Positions 11,055 through 21,690 of a stretch of 64,000 nucleotides of DNA are shown one piece after another. Each line of letters starts with the position of its first letter. Positions within the stretch are counted from its first letter, which is position 1. The notes below the pieces were generated by a model, which did not search any database, had not been told where the DNA came from, and worked only from the letters and a program-made list of their open reading frames with translations. The stretch is taken from the NCBI RefSeq assembly GCF_055900595.2, contig NZ_CM148325.1; one strand, written 5' to 3'. Made by a program: the position numbers and the translations under genes.

Positions 11055-11451
11055 CTGTAACAAGCCCCTCCAGGACAAGTTCCGCAACATTCACTGGATC
11101 AACTCTGACAGTCATACCTGTAACAACAATCTCCATATCACTGTCATCATGCGGATGTTTTCCCGCCACATGCAGGGTTTTGAGTACACGAACAGTGCTC
11201 ATTTCATCCCCGCCAGTGGAGTGGCTATACGTCATCAAATGCCTTTCGTTCTCATCACTCGCCTGGTTTTTGTCCTCTGCTTCCTCTTCCCATTCCGCCA
11301 CCCGCTGCGCTATCTCTGCGGCACTCCCGGATATATCCGGCTCACGCCCCAGAATCCGGGCCAGTTCATCAAGCCGTTTCAGATTTTGCTCTTTCGTTGC
11401 CATATCAGGCCTCTGTGAAAAAAGACACGGGGGCATTTCGCCCCCGCTCAC
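11041..11451 (-). CDS. FI: DNA packaging protein FI
   Basis: 136-aa ORF (lambda FI 132 aa) immediately downstream of E; acidic linker. Confidence 0.7.
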   Translation of the reverse strand: MSGGEMPPCLFSQRPDMATKEQNLKRLDELARILGREPDISGSAAEIAQRVAEWEEEAEDKNQASDENERHLMTYSHSTGGDEMSTVRVLKTLHVAGKHPHDDSDMEIVVTGMTVRVDPVNVAELVLEGLVTDESY

Positions 11452-11454
11452 GGA

Positions 11455-12483
11455 TTATTTCACCTGTACCACCACAAACTCATCCGGGTCCGGCAACACC
11501 ATCAGCGGCGCGGACTGCGTCATGGTAAATTCACGGGCGGGATCCCCCACCGTCAGCCAGTGTTTCGGATAACGGGAAGAGGCCACCACTCCTTCAGACA
11601 ACGCCTGTGCATCCTGAATGGCACCGTAACAACGGATCCCATCTGCAGCAGTATTCCCCAGGACCAGCGTGCCGTCTGGCAGATAACGTTTTTCGGTACC
11701 GTCCTCTGCCACATAAGACGTTTTCGCCACCACAATGGCCAGATCACCGTAATACCCTTTGAAAGACACCACCGCCCCCAGGTCTTTCACTGCCGTTTCG
11801 AGTTGCGAATTTGAACCGCGACGGGTATCCAGTTTTTCGCGGAACAGCTTAAAACCATTCAGCAGACGCCAGACGCTACCGTCCATAATGGCAATATTCA
11901 CAAGGCCGCTGGCCTGGTCGCAGTAGAGGTCAATATCATGCGCAGGATCGAACGTGTCACGATCGTGCTCAGACCATTTTTTACCACTGGCCTGCGTAAT
12001 GTTATTCGCCGGCGATCTGCCAAAATCGACCTCAATTTTCTCGAACTGGTCTCCTTCCATGGTGTATTTGCCATACAGCACGGCATTTACCGCCTGCATT
12101 TCTTCCACCTGGACAATCGCGTACTCTTCCTGTTTGAGGTTATCGGTAATGATACGCAGACGGCGGTAAGCCGGATCGTTCAGTTGAGCCGGATCTTCAC
12201 CAGGAAGGCGCTCAACCGCCTGCCGGGAATTAAATTCGTGTTTCGGCTTGACGTAGCCCGGACGCAAGACGCGGGTTTCACCACCACGATGACGCAGCAC
12301 TTTTCCTTCAACAACCGGGGAGACATAGGCCGCCACCGGCGTTTTTCCGGTAATTTTGTCCAGCATCACCTCTTCGGTATGGAAATTCACCGTACGGCGG
12401 AAAAACAGCTCCAGAAACAGCGCACGAAATTTCACTTTTTGTTCGGTATAACCGAGTAACTGGCGGGTCGTAAACAATCCCAT
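11455..12483 (-). CDS. E: major capsid protein E
   Basis: 342-aa ORF (lambda E 341 aa); position between D and FI. Confidence 0.9.
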   Translation of the reverse strand: MGLFTTRQLLGYTEQKVKFRALFLELFFRRTVNFHTEEVMLDKITGKTPVAAYVSPVVEGKVLRHRGGETRVLRPGYVKPKHEFNSRQAVERLPGEDPAQLNDPAYRRLRIITDNLKQEEYAIVQVEEMQAVNAVLYGKYTMEGDQFEKIEVDFGRSPANNITQASGKKWSEHDRDTFDPAHDIDLYCDQASGLVNIAIMDGSVWRLLNGFKLFREKLDTRRGSNSQLETAVKDLGAVVSFKGYYGDLAIVVAKTSYVAEDGTEKRYLPDGTLVLGNTAADGIRCYGAIQDAQALSEGVVASSRYPKHWLTVGDPAREFTMTQSAPLMVLPDPDEFVVVQVK

Positions 12484-12540
12484 AAATCAGTTCCTTTCAT
12501 TCAGAAATCAGTCAGGCCACCGCGGTGGCCTGATAACGTG

Positions 12541-12888
12541 TTACGGCAGCGCCGCGTGACTCAGGGCACTGCCAGCAAAGGCGTTGGCCTTTTTGTGTTC
12601 ATCCACACTGTCAGGCCAGCGGATTGCCTCCGTCGCAAAAGTCCCCGACTTGTAATACGTCAGCACCGTCTCTGTGCCTTCAAGCGGCAGTACCAGTATG
12701 CCAACCGCACCTCCGGCTTTCTGTCCGTCCCAGACCACCAGTTTCCCGGTGGCTTCATCCAGCATCAGGGGCGTCAGTGCCGGTGTTGCCGAGGAAATCC
12801 CGCTGCTGCCTGTGGCGGTGTGAGCCGGATCATTACCGGCAAAAATACGTACTTCCGCACGCTGTTCAGTGATGGTTTTCGTTACCAT
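12541..12888 (-). CDS. D: head decoration protein D
   Basis: 115-aa ORF (lambda D 110 aa); synteny. Confidence 0.85.
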   Translation of the reverse strand: MVTKTITEQRAEVRIFAGNDPAHTATGSSGISSATPALTPLMLDEATGKLVVWDGQKAGGAVGILVLPLEGTETVLTYYKSGTFATEAIRWPDSVDEHKKANAFAGSALSHAALP

Positions 12889-12924
12889 ATTGTCAAAACC
12901 TCCTATTGATGGTCAGCACTGACT

Positions 12925-14430
12925 TCATGGCATGGCCATGAGCATTTTCACGTCCGCATCACCGTCTGCTGACGTCTGTGGCACGCCACCCTGTACCGCT
13001 GCCGGTGAATGGTTCGCCATGAAATGTTCAAACATGGCGGTTGTGGATGCAGAGACCGGTTCTGCCTTACCTGATCCCGCAGCCAGCACAGCCCGGGCGT
13101 TCTCCACGGTCATTCCCGGGCAGGCAGCCAGCTGTTCAGCCTGCGCCTCAGCCCCTTTTGCCTCATCCAGGGCCATGATCTGATCACGGAGTGATGGTCC
13201 GGCATCCGCCTGCGGTGAAGCTGCCAGGATCGGGCGGGCTTTTTCCACCGTCATCTCCGGCATCGCCGCCAGCGTTGCCGCCAGTTGTTCACGACCTTTC
13301 GCCTCTTCACACGCCATAATGCGATCGGCTTCACTCTGCGCGGATGCCACCGGCTGCTGTGGTGCCGCCGCGGCCAGGATCTCCCGGGCCTGTTCAACGC
13401 TCATGCCCTGTTGTCCCGCCAGCATCGTGGCAAGCTGTTCACGTCCTTTCGCTTCCTTACTCGTCAGGATCCCCATCACTCGCTGGTTCTCCTGCGCGGC
13501 GGCTTCCGTTGCAGTTAATTGCGGCATAGTGCCTCCTGTATCATGTGTGTACAGCGCCGTGGTCATCACACTGATGGCATCCGACGCATTGACTAATTCA
13601 TCCGCCAGCCCGGCCTCAATGCCGGACTGACCTTCAAAAACGGCGGCCTCTGTTCCCGTGACCACATCCACAGACAGCCCGGTATACATCGCCACTTTTT
13701 CGGCAAACATCCGGTGTGCCGCATCAATGCGCTGCTGCATGTCCTGACGCACCTCTTCCGGTAAGGCTTCAAACTGATTGCCATCCACCTTGTGCGCCCC
13801 GGCATAAATCAGCGTGATATCCACACCGGCCTGCGCCAGATGACCGGCATAGCTGAGATGGCTCATCATCACGCCAATGGAGCCGATACGGGATGTCTGG
13901 GTAACCAGCCGTCGGGAGCAGGCCGACGCCAGCAGCATGGCTGCAGAACAGGCCGTGTCATTGCACAGTGCCCAGACCGGCTTCTGCTGACGGAGGCGGT
14001 AAATCATGTCAGCGCAGTCAAACGCGCCTGCGGCCTGCCCGCCCGGACTGTCAATGTCCAGCAGTACGCCCCGGACAGCGGTGTCCGCCATTGCCTGCTG
14101 AAGACAGGCGACAATGCCGTCATAGCCTGTCATTCCGGAAAATGGCCGCATACCACCCAGCCGGTGCACCAGCATGCCGGTCACCGGCAGTACAGCAATA
14201 CCGTTCACCACCCGGTAAACACGGGCCGGTCGTTTACCTCCGGCCATGTACTCGTCCGTTTCAGCCAGCATTCCGGGAGCATCAAGCTGTACCTGCTGTT
14301 GTGGTACCGAAAGACTTGCTGCCCCCATCTCGCGCCCGAGCGCGCAAAAGAAAACCCGCGCATAGGCGGGCTCCAGAAGCAGCGGTTCATTGAATGCTGC
14401 GGCAATAATGTGTGAAAGATTACGTCTCAC
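12925..14430 (-). CDS. C: head maturation protease C / scaffold Nu3 (S49 peptidase family)
   Basis: 501-aa ORF; N-terminal S49/ClpP-like protease region; C-terminal Ala/Glu-rich scaffold-like region with three tandem repeats. Confidence 0.85.
   Translation of the reverse strand: MRRNLSHIIAAAFNEPLLLEPAYARVFFCALGREMGAASLSVPQQQVQLDAPGMLAETDEYMAGGKRPARVYRVVNGIAVLPVTGMLVHRLGGMRPFSGMTGYDGIVACLQQAMADTAVRGVLLDIDSPGGQAAGAFDCADMIYRLRQQKPVWALCNDTACSAAMLLASACSRRLVTQTSRIGSIGVMMSHLSYAGHLAQAGVDITLIYAGAHKVDGNQFEALPEEVRQDMQQRIDAAHRMFAEKVAMYTGLSVDVVTGTEAAVFEGQSGIEAGLADELVNASDAISVMTTALYTHDTGGTMPQLTATEAAAQENQRVMGILTSKEAKGREQLATMLAGQQGMSVEQAREILAAAAPQQPVASAQSEADRIMACEEAKGREQLAATLAAMPEMTVEKARPILAASPQADAGPSLRDQIMALDEAKGAEAQAEQLAACPGMTVENARAVLAAGSGKAEPVSASTTAMFEHFMANHSPAAVQGGVPQTSADGDADVKMLMAMP
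13065..13495 (-). repeat. three in-frame tandem repeats (~45 aa each) in the scaffold part of C/Nu3
   Basis: Protein repeats ...EAKGREQLATMLA...SVEQAREILAAA / ...EAKGREQLAATLA...TVEKARPILAAS / ...EAKGAEAQAEQLA...TVENARAVLAAG; coordinates approximate. Confidence 0.6.
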
Positions 14431-16012
14431 GTGGTGTTGTCTCCTCTTCCGGCCTGCGACTCGCCGCTATCTGCTGCTGATACGCCTGCGCTATCCACAC
14501 CGGACGTGAGAGTCCGGCTTTTTCCCGCTCTGCAGATTCCCTGACCTGCTGGCGGAAAATGTCCTGATAATCCTCACCCATCAGCGCCAGCTCTTTCTCA
14601 TACGTGCTCAGTCCGGCCTCAATGCGCATCACCGATTCCTGGACCTCCTTGAGCCCGTCAATGGCCATTCTTCCGGCTCCAATCCACTCTGCCCGTGACC
14701 AGGATGAACGCGCCTGATAAAAATCAAAACGCGCCCGTGGCGGACGAATAATCCCCCGCAGAAGAGCCTCTTCCAGCCAGCAGGAAAACATCTGCGTGGC
14801 CAGCCGGGCCGCAATAAATTTTCGCCGCCCCATAAAATAGCGCCACGACTCATTGGCGGAGGCGCGGGCACTTGAATAACTGACCTTCGAGTAATCACGG
14901 GACAACTGTTCGTAGGAAACGCCAAGACCGGCGGCGATATACCGCAGCAGCGCCTGTTCAAGCGCAGAAAATCCATTGTCTGAATCCTGCGCAGTCTGTA
15001 GTTTCAGATCATCACCGGGGAAAAGGTGCGGAATTTTGACACCGCCCAGTGTCACGTTATTCGTGTCATACCAGCTGGAAAACTTCTCCAGAATATTAAT
15101 AAGCGGATTATCCTTCTGCTCCTGCGGCGCACCGGCGATATATTCAAAGGCCTTTTCGGTATCAAGTTCACTTTCAATCGTCGCTGCATACATGGCCCTC
15201 ACTATGGCCGACTGAAGCTGTGTTGCCTGCAGGGAATCGAGCATCTTCAGCCGTTCCATGACGCTGTAAAACTGATTAGCCCCACGGGTCTGCCCGTCCT
15301 CCACCGGCTCGAAAATATGCAGCATGGCCGGACGCCCGGTGGGAAGTTCACGCGGGATCCGTTCCCATCGTCCACTACCAGAGAACGGAAAATCATCCTC
15401 ACAGATATGGTACGCGACGGCACGGCCATATCGATCGACCTCCACACCGGCCCGCAGAAAACGGTTCCCCATACCGTGTCCTGGCGTGTCCACCCGTTTC
15501 GGACTCACGGCTTTAAAACGCGTACGGAATAACTGCGTGGTTTCCGTATCCCAGACCGGCTGAACAAAGATTTCGCCGTTAAACGCATGAACGCCCACAC
15601 CTTCACGGATAAATTCCGTGAACGTGCGTTTTCCTTCCACATCGATCTCGCCAGACATCCCTTCGGCGTATTCCGACCAGGCCGCCTCCACCTCATCGAC
15701 AAAGCTTTTTGCTGCGGTCTCCCGCATCCCCAGCCAGCGCCAGTTCGGACGGTAGCTGATCAGAAACATATGCCCGACTATGTGATCCTTATGCAGAGCC
15801 ACCGCATTAGCCGCTATTCCGTTATTGCGCACCAGATCATCTGCCCGGGCATTCCCCAGACGCAACGCGGGCAGCAGGGCCGCATCGACACTCTGTGCCG
15901 GTGGCAACCACTCCTCCATTTGCCCGCCAAATCCTGCGCCGCCCCCGTTGTAGCTGAGACTCTCACGAAGCGGAACGCCGTTCACATCAATCAGGACAGG
16001 CGTTCTTTTCAT
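14420..16012 (-). CDS. B: portal protein B
   Basis: 530-aa ORF (lambda B 533 aa); synteny. Confidence 0.9.
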   Translation of the reverse strand: MKRTPVLIDVNGVPLRESLSYNGGGAGFGGQMEEWLPPAQSVDAALLPALRLGNARADDLVRNNGIAANAVALHKDHIVGHMFLISYRPNWRWLGMRETAAKSFVDEVEAAWSEYAEGMSGEIDVEGKRTFTEFIREGVGVHAFNGEIFVQPVWDTETTQLFRTRFKAVSPKRVDTPGHGMGNRFLRAGVEVDRYGRAVAYHICEDDFPFSGSGRWERIPRELPTGRPAMLHIFEPVEDGQTRGANQFYSVMERLKMLDSLQATQLQSAIVRAMYAATIESELDTEKAFEYIAGAPQEQKDNPLINILEKFSSWYDTNNVTLGGVKIPHLFPGDDLKLQTAQDSDNGFSALEQALLRYIAAGLGVSYEQLSRDYSKVSYSSARASANESWRYFMGRRKFIAARLATQMFSCWLEEALLRGIIRPPRARFDFYQARSSWSRAEWIGAGRMAIDGLKEVQESVMRIEAGLSTYEKELALMGEDYQDIFRQQVRESAEREKAGLSRPVWIAQAYQQQIAASRRPEEETTPRET

Positions 16013-16215
16013 AACCTCACTCCCAGCGGACGACGGCGACGTCGGGTTGTCCCCAGTACCGACTCCGCATCATTGATCGCCCGGTTAAGCTCATCCAGAG
16101 AAGCCGCCGTATATTCAATTCTGCGACCATCTTTCTGGACAGACACCACCCGTTTACCGGTTAATAAATCAAGGCGCGCCTGACGCAGCGCCTGCAGTTC
16201 AGCGACTGTAACCAT
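16009..16215 (-). CDS. W: head-tail joining protein W
   Basis: 68-aa ORF; motif LLTGKRVVSVQKDGRRIEYT resembles lambda W. Confidence 0.8.
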   Translation of the reverse strand: MVTVAELQALRQARLDLLTGKRVVSVQKDGRRIEYTAASLDELNRAINDAESVLGTTRRRRRPLGVRL

Positions 16216-16546
16216 TCACTCCTCCGGACAGCTTCGCTGCCAGTTCTTTAAGGGTTGGCCGGGTCGTCTCTTCTTCCCGGGATTTTGCCAGTACAGCCAG
16301 ATCAAGCTGCCAGCGTTGCACGGACACACGTAATGCCGCGTAGGCATACACCAGGCAGTCCAGCGCTTCGTTACGCCGCTTTTTGTTATCCCACAGCAGA
16401 CGCATCTTTCCTTTTTCCCACTTCTCCACAAGCTCTTCCGCGGCCAGTTGCTGCGCCTCTGTCTGCGAAAAAATCTCCGGATCATCAGGAAAACGGATGG
16501 CATACGACGTGGCTTCATCCGCAGGCGTGGGATCGGCTTTCATACG
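16199..16546 (-). pseudogene. A: terminase large subunit A, C-terminal fragment (gene split by IS insertion)
   Basis: Frame encodes ...YRMKADPTPADEATSYAIRFPDDPEIFSQTEAQQLAAEELVEKW..., continuing the sequence at which the N-terminal fragment stops. Confidence 0.85.
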
Positions 16547-16599
16547 GTAACCGGCTCATTTAAACCGTCTGGTCTGTTTCCTCCGGCTCTACAAAAATA

Positions 16600-17277
16600 A
16601 TGTCCATCATTTTTAATGGACACTATCGTATGAAACACCGGACCTGGATCACTGAAGCTTTACGTCTTCACTTTGAAGAACATTTACCCCGGGTTGTGGC
16701 CGGGCGTCGCCTGGGTGTACCAAAATCAACAGTTTGTAGTATGTTCGTGCGCTTTCGGAGAGCTGGCCTTTCGTGGCCTTTGCCCGCAGGCATGTCGGAG
16801 CAGGAACTTGATGCCTGCCTTTACGGACAATTTTCCACGGTACCAGTCGTACGTCCTGAAAGCACCGTTATATCCGAAGCCCCCGTGGTAAAAAAACGTC
16901 CCCGGCGGCCCAACTTCCCTTATGAGTTTAAAATCGCCTTAGTGGAGCAGTCACTGCAGCCCGGAGCCTGTGTGGCGCAGATCGCCCGGGAAAACGGAAT
17001 CAACGATAACCTGCTCTTCAACTGGCGCCATCAATACCGGAAAGGTGGCCTGCTGCCTTCCGGAAAAAATATGCCGGCACTGCTTCCCGTGACGTTAACG
17101 CCGGAGCCGGATAATAAAATCCCGGCCCCCGCACAGGAACCAGAGCGGATAAATACACCGTCCGACAGTCTGTGTTGTGAGCTGGTTCTGCCGGCCGGAA
17201 CTCTCAGGCTTAAAGGTAAACTGACGCCGGCGTTATTACAGACACTTATCCGCGAAATAAAAGGGAGCAGCCACTGA
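16600..17277 (+). CDS. IS66 accessory protein TnpA (orf1)
   Basis: First ORF of the IS66-type operon; stop overlaps the next start (TGATGA); true start may be an internal Met. Confidence 0.8.
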   Translation: MSIIFNGHYRMKHRTWITEALRLHFEEHLPRVVAGRRLGVPKSTVCSMFVRFRRAGLSWPLPAGMSEQELDACLYGQFSTVPVVRPESTVISEAPVVKKRPRRPNFPYEFKIALVEQSLQPGACVAQIARENGINDNLLFNWRHQYRKGGLLPSGKNMPALLPVTLTPEPDNKIPAPAQEPERINTPSDSLCCELVLPAGTLRLKGKLTPALLQTLIREIKGSSH

Positions 17278-17624
17278 TGATATCTCTCCCTGCAGGTTCG
17301 CGTATCTGGCTGGTTGCAGGTATCACCGATATGCGAAATGGCTTTAACGGCCTGGCATCAAAAGTTCAGAACGTCCTGAAGGATGACCCGTTCTCCGGAC
17401 ACCTGTTCATCTTCCGCGGACGCCGGGGTGACCAGATAAAAGTGTTGTGGGCTGACAGTGACGGACTGTGCCTCTTCACCAAACGCCTGGAGCGGGGCCG
17501 CTTCGTCTGGCCAGTCACCCGTGACGGCAAGGTGCACCTTACTCCGGCTCAGTTATCCATGCTTCTTGAAGGTATCAACTGGAAGCACCCGAAACGAACG
17601 GAACGCGCTGGAATCCGCATATAA
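17277..17624 (+). CDS. IS66 accessory protein TnpB (orf2)
   Basis: 115-aa ORF, typical IS66 Orf2 size and position. Confidence 0.85.
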   Translation: MISLPAGSRIWLVAGITDMRNGFNGLASKVQNVLKDDPFSGHLFIFRGRRGDQIKVLWADSDGLCLFTKRLERGRFVWPVTRDGKVHLTPAQLSMLLEGINWKHPKRTERAGIRI

Positions 17625-17643
17625 CCCGTTGTAAAGTGAGGAT

Positions 17644-19215
17644 ATGGACACCTCACTTGCTCATGAGAACGCCCGCCTGCGGGCACTGTTGCAGACGCAA
17701 CAGGACACCATCCGCCAGATGGCTGAATACAACCGCCTGCTCTCACAGCGGGTGGCGGCTTATGCTTCCGAAATCAACCGGCTGAAGGCGCTGGTTGCGA
17801 AACTGCAACGTATGCAGTTCGGTAAAAGCTCAGAAAAACTTCGTGCAAAAACCGAACGGCAGATACAGGAAGCACAGGAGCGAATCAGCGCACTTCAGGA
17901 AGAAATGGCGGAAACGCTGGGTGAGCAATATGACCCGGTACTGCCATCCGCCCTGCGCCAGTCTTCAGCCCGTAAACCGTTACCGGCCTCACTTCCCCGT
18001 GAAACCCGGGTTATCCGGCCGGAAGAGGAATGCTGTCCTGCCTGTGGTGGTGAACTCAGTTCTCTGGGATGTGATGTGTCAGAGCAACTGGAGCTTATCA
18101 GCAGCGCCTTTAAGGTTATCGAAACACAACGTCCGAAACAGGCCTGTTGCCGGTGCGACCATATCGTGCAGGCACCAGTACCTTCAAAACCCATTGCACG
18201 CAGTTATGCCGGAGCGGGGCTTCTGGCCCATGTTGTCACCGGGAAATATGCAGACCATCTGCCGTTATACCGCCAGTCAGAAATATACCGTCGTCAGGGA
18301 GTGGAGCTGAGCCGTGCCACACTGGGGCGCTGGACAGGTGCTGTTGCTGAACTGCTGGAGCCGCTGTATGACGTCCTGCGCCAGTATGTGCTGATGCCCG
18401 GTAAAGTCCATGCTGATGATATCCCCGTCCCGGTCCAGGAGCCGGGCAGCGGTAAAACCCGGACAGCCCGGCTGTGGGTCTACGTCCGTGATGACCGTAA
18501 CGCCGGTTCACAGATGCCCCCGGCGGTCTGGTTCGCGTACAGTCCGGACCGGAAAGGTATCCATCCACAAAATCACCTGGCCGGTTACAGCGGTGTGCTT
18601 CAGGCCGATGCTTACGGTGGTTACCGGGCGTTATACGAATCCGGCAGAATAACGGAAGCCGCGTGTATGGCTCATGCCCGGAGAAAAATCCACGATGTGC
18701 ATGCAAGAGCGCCCACCTACATCACCACGGAAGCCCTGCAGCGTATCGGTGAACTGTATGCCATCGAGGCAGAGGTCCGGGGCTGTTCAGCAGAACAGCG
18801 TCTGGCGGCAAGAAAAGCCAGAGCCGCGCCACTGATGCAGTCACTGTATGACTGGATACAGCAACAGATGAAAACACTGTCGCGTCACTCAGATACGGCA
18901 AAAGCGTTCGCATACCTGCTGAAACAGTGGGATGCACTGAACGTGTACTGCAGTAATGGCTGGGTGGAAATCGACAACAACATCGCAGAGAACGCCTTAC
19001 GGGGAGTGGCCGTAGGCCGGAAAAACTGGATGTTCGCGGGTTCCGACAGCGGTGGTGAACATGCGGCGGTGTTGTACTCGCTGATCGGCACATGCCGTCT
19101 GAACAATGTGGAGCCAGAAAAGTGGCTGCGTTACGTCATTGAACATATCCAGGACTGGCCGGCAAACCGGGTACGCGATCTGTTGCCCTGGAAAGTTGAT
19201 CTGAGCTCTCAGTAA
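17644..19215 (+). CDS. IS66-family transposase TnpC (orf3)
   Basis: 523-aa ORF; N-terminal leucine-zipper-like region, CxxC...CxxC zinc motif (CCPACGG...CCRCDH), DDE-type core. Confidence 0.9.
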   Translation: MDTSLAHENARLRALLQTQQDTIRQMAEYNRLLSQRVAAYASEINRLKALVAKLQRMQFGKSSEKLRAKTERQIQEAQERISALQEEMAETLGEQYDPVLPSALRQSSARKPLPASLPRETRVIRPEEECCPACGGELSSLGCDVSEQLELISSAFKVIETQRPKQACCRCDHIVQAPVPSKPIARSYAGAGLLAHVVTGKYADHLPLYRQSEIYRRQGVELSRATLGRWTGAVAELLEPLYDVLRQYVLMPGKVHADDIPVPVQEPGSGKTRTARLWVYVRDDRNAGSQMPPAVWFAYSPDRKGIHPQNHLAGYSGVLQADAYGGYRALYESGRITEAACMAHARRKIHDVHARAPTYITTEALQRIGELYAIEAEVRGCSAEQRLAARKARAAPLMQSLYDWIQQQMKTLSRHSDTAKAFAYLLKQWDALNVYCSNGWVEIDNNIAENALRGVAVGRKNWMFAGSDSGGEHAAVLYSLIGTCRLNNVEPEKWLRYVIEHIQDWPANRVRDLLPWKVDLSSQ

Positions 19216-19241
19216 ATATCAATACGGTTCTGACGAGTCGC

Positions 19242-20834
19242 TTACTTCATACGGGCATAGAGAATTTCTTTTGCGGTGTCCGTCCCCACTTCACACAGAT
19301 ACACGCCCCGCTGATTGCGGGTTTTTGGCATGGTGATCACCGGCTTGCCATAGACAGATGCGCCTTTTACCGGCAGCACCCGGAAAACACCGTGTTTTTT
19401 TGACCTCTGATAAACGATTTCGCCATCGATCCCCCCGATGTCCCAGCAGACACGGGAAATGGTCATTTCGGTTCCGTCTGCATGGCGGTATTTTTTGTTG
19501 ATCGCTGCATCCACACGTAACAGCGTCTCTTCCTCATCGGGACGTCCCATAATAATGATTTTATCCACCAGAAAGGCTTCCTCTCCCGGAGCCCATCCCC
19601 AGACATACATCTCAAAACGGTTTCGCTGCGAGTCAATGCCCGCCGTCAGATAAACCACCCGGGCAGGCACCGCCGCCGTGTAACGCACAACCTTATCCAT
19701 CAGTACCTGGTGATCGAGTTTTTCGCCCACGGCCTCTTCCCAGGTCTCGCCCAGCGTGGTGTTCACAAAGGTTTTCAGGCCGTTGGGATCTTTCAGTGCA
19801 TCCAGCCAGTCATAGACTATCTGTACCCAGGTGGTGAACGGACTGTACGCCGTCCAGATATGGAAAGTGATGGAGCGCGGCGGCGGAATTTCATCACCCC
19901 GGGCGCTGAAAAACATCAGGCCGTCACGGGTCCACATGCCCGTGTTTTCAGAGATCCACCGCCCGTTACTCTGGTCAAGCTCAGACTGATGGATCACACA
20001 GCCATGATGCTCACAAAGGTAGAAAACGCTTTCGGGGCTGTCCTTCTCCCATTTAAGGCCAAAAGGCGTGGATTCATCGCCAAATTTCAGATACTGCTCC
20101 TCCCCACAGTGCGGGCAGGGCACATAAAAACGCATGAAATGTGCCGACTCGTTAGCGGCTTTTTCGATCTGGCAGGAGCCTTTGATTTTAGGCGTCGAGC
20201 CGCGAATGGATTTTGGCCATACAGAGCCCTCAATACGCTTATCCCCCAGCAGGGTTGGCGAGCCCTCTTTTTCAACATCAGGTTCAAACGATGAGAGTTC
20301 GTCATAGCAGACCACGTCCACGGATTTTTCACGGTAGTTTTTTGCTGCCGCACCACCCAGGCACCAGAAGCCCACACCCGATGAAAAGCGTTTCAGCGTG
20401 AGAGTATTGTCACGATGTTTACGCCCCAGCCATGGAGAAAGGTCTTTCAGACATGGCACATCCCGAATCGTCGCCTCCACGTGAGACTTCATAAAATCTT
20501 CAGCGGCAGAATCCGTGGGCTGAAAAAGCAGACTGTTTCGGGATTTATGCTCAATAAAATACCCGACCACCCCCAGCAACATCTTTGTATAACCAACACG
20601 GGCAGATTTAATCAGGTTAACAGTGCGAATCAGATCGTTGCCCATACAGTTCATGATGGCGATCTGGAACGGCAGCGTTTTCCATTCTCCCTCACCATAT
20701 GAAGATTCTTTAGGCAGATAATAATTTTGATCAGCCCATTCAACTGCCGTCACCGGCAATGCCCTTATCAGGGGCTGTAATGCTGTTGTGACAGCACTCA
20801 TCATATTATTCAGTTGTTGCTCTGATATATTCAT
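19242..20834 (-). pseudogene. A: terminase large subunit A, N-terminal fragment (truncated by IS66 insertion)
   Basis: Starts MNISEQQLNN..., contains TAVEWADQNYYLPKES and KNYREKSVDV (Walker-like) as in lambda gpA; the stop codon lies inside the IS end. Confidence 0.9.
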
Positions 20835-21315
20835 CGAGTAAATCCGGTAATTTATCCCCTGCCCGCGCACACTGATTTGCCCCCTTCGCAATAAGGGTTT
20901 TCAGATGGTCAAGATGGCGCGGTGTTAAATCAGGAAACTGTCGTTGCATGGATAAAGGGATGGAATCAAGCGTACTGGATAACGCCATTGCCAGCTTGCT
21001 GAGGGCAAAAATACAGAACCCGGTGTCAATAAGTTTTCCTTTTGACACCTCATTTTTTAACTGCTGTGTAACAGCCTGTTCTGCTGTCAGTTCCCATCTG
21101 GCAATAAGCAATTTCTCCTCATAGTCGTCTTCGCTATCGCCATCAGGCACATCGTTTTTACTTCTTCTCAGATACGATATGTAAAAATCACGCCAGGCAT
21201 CCAGATCCAGTTGCCCTCGCTTATTCGATATCGGGGCACCCGGCAATTTCTGCAGTCTGCGAAGCTGGCGATCGGTCAGACTCAAATGCCTGGCAACTTC
21301 AGTCTGCGTAGCCAC
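20806..21315 (-). CDS. nu1: terminase small subunit Nu1
   Basis: 169-aa ORF; N-terminal HTH (MATQTEVARHLSLTDRQLRRL); overlaps start of A; cos immediately upstream. Confidence 0.8.
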   Translation of the reverse strand: MATQTEVARHLSLTDRQLRRLQKLPGAPISNKRGQLDLDAWRDFYISYLRRSKNDVPDGDSEDDYEEKLLIARWELTAEQAVTQQLKNEVSKGKLIDTGFCIFALSKLAMALSSTLDSIPLSMQRQFPDLTPRHLDHLKTLIAKGANQCARAGDKLPDLLDEYIRATTE

Positions 21316-21379
21316 TGTTCACCTCGCAAAAAATCTCCCCTCATGCGTTTTAAACATGCATCTTGCGAGCAACTTTATG

Positions 21380-21545
21380 CAAACGCACGCATATGTCCGG
21401 TTTGTTTGTACATTTTTTGCACATGTCCGGTTCGCAGAAAGCATGTTTTTATATTTTTCATATAGTTAACTTGCAGAGAAACCGGACATGGATCCCGGAA
21501 AATTTTCATAAATAGCGAAAACGCGCGAGGTCGACGCCCCGTAAC
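21380..21545 (-). promoter_or_regulatory. cos region (cosB-like terminase binding repeats and cosN)
   Basis: Repeated ATGTCCGGTT elements at ~21395, ~21421 and inverted at ~21482; 21528-21540 reverse complement GGGGCGTCGACCT resembles lambda cohesive end GGGCGGCGACCT. Confidence 0.7.
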
Positions 21546-21690
21546 CTGTTGGATCGCCGGAAAGGACCCGAAAAAAACGAGAATAATTATCACTTACAGC
21601 AAGAATCGAATCTGATCTATTCTGATGCTTGCTATTATGTGCCGGCACAAGTGCGTCGTTTACCGTCATTTCACACAGAGGCATCATCAA

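Larger units (their letters stand above)
16547..19245 (+). mobile_element. IS66-family insertion sequence (three ORFs), inserted in terminase gene A
   Basis: Ends GTAACCGGCTCATTTAAACCGT (left) and reverse complement GTAAGCGACTCGTCAGAACCGT (right) form imperfect terminal inverted repeats; flanked by 8-bp direct repeat TTCATACG at 16539-16546 and 19246-19253; encodes three IS66-type ORFs. Confidence 0.9.

Noticed and set aside
17795-18706. ORFs inside the IS66 element in other frames (17795..18310 +, 18236..18706 -)
   Set aside because: Overlap the well-supported IS66 tnpC frame; Arg/Pro-rich; no independent support.
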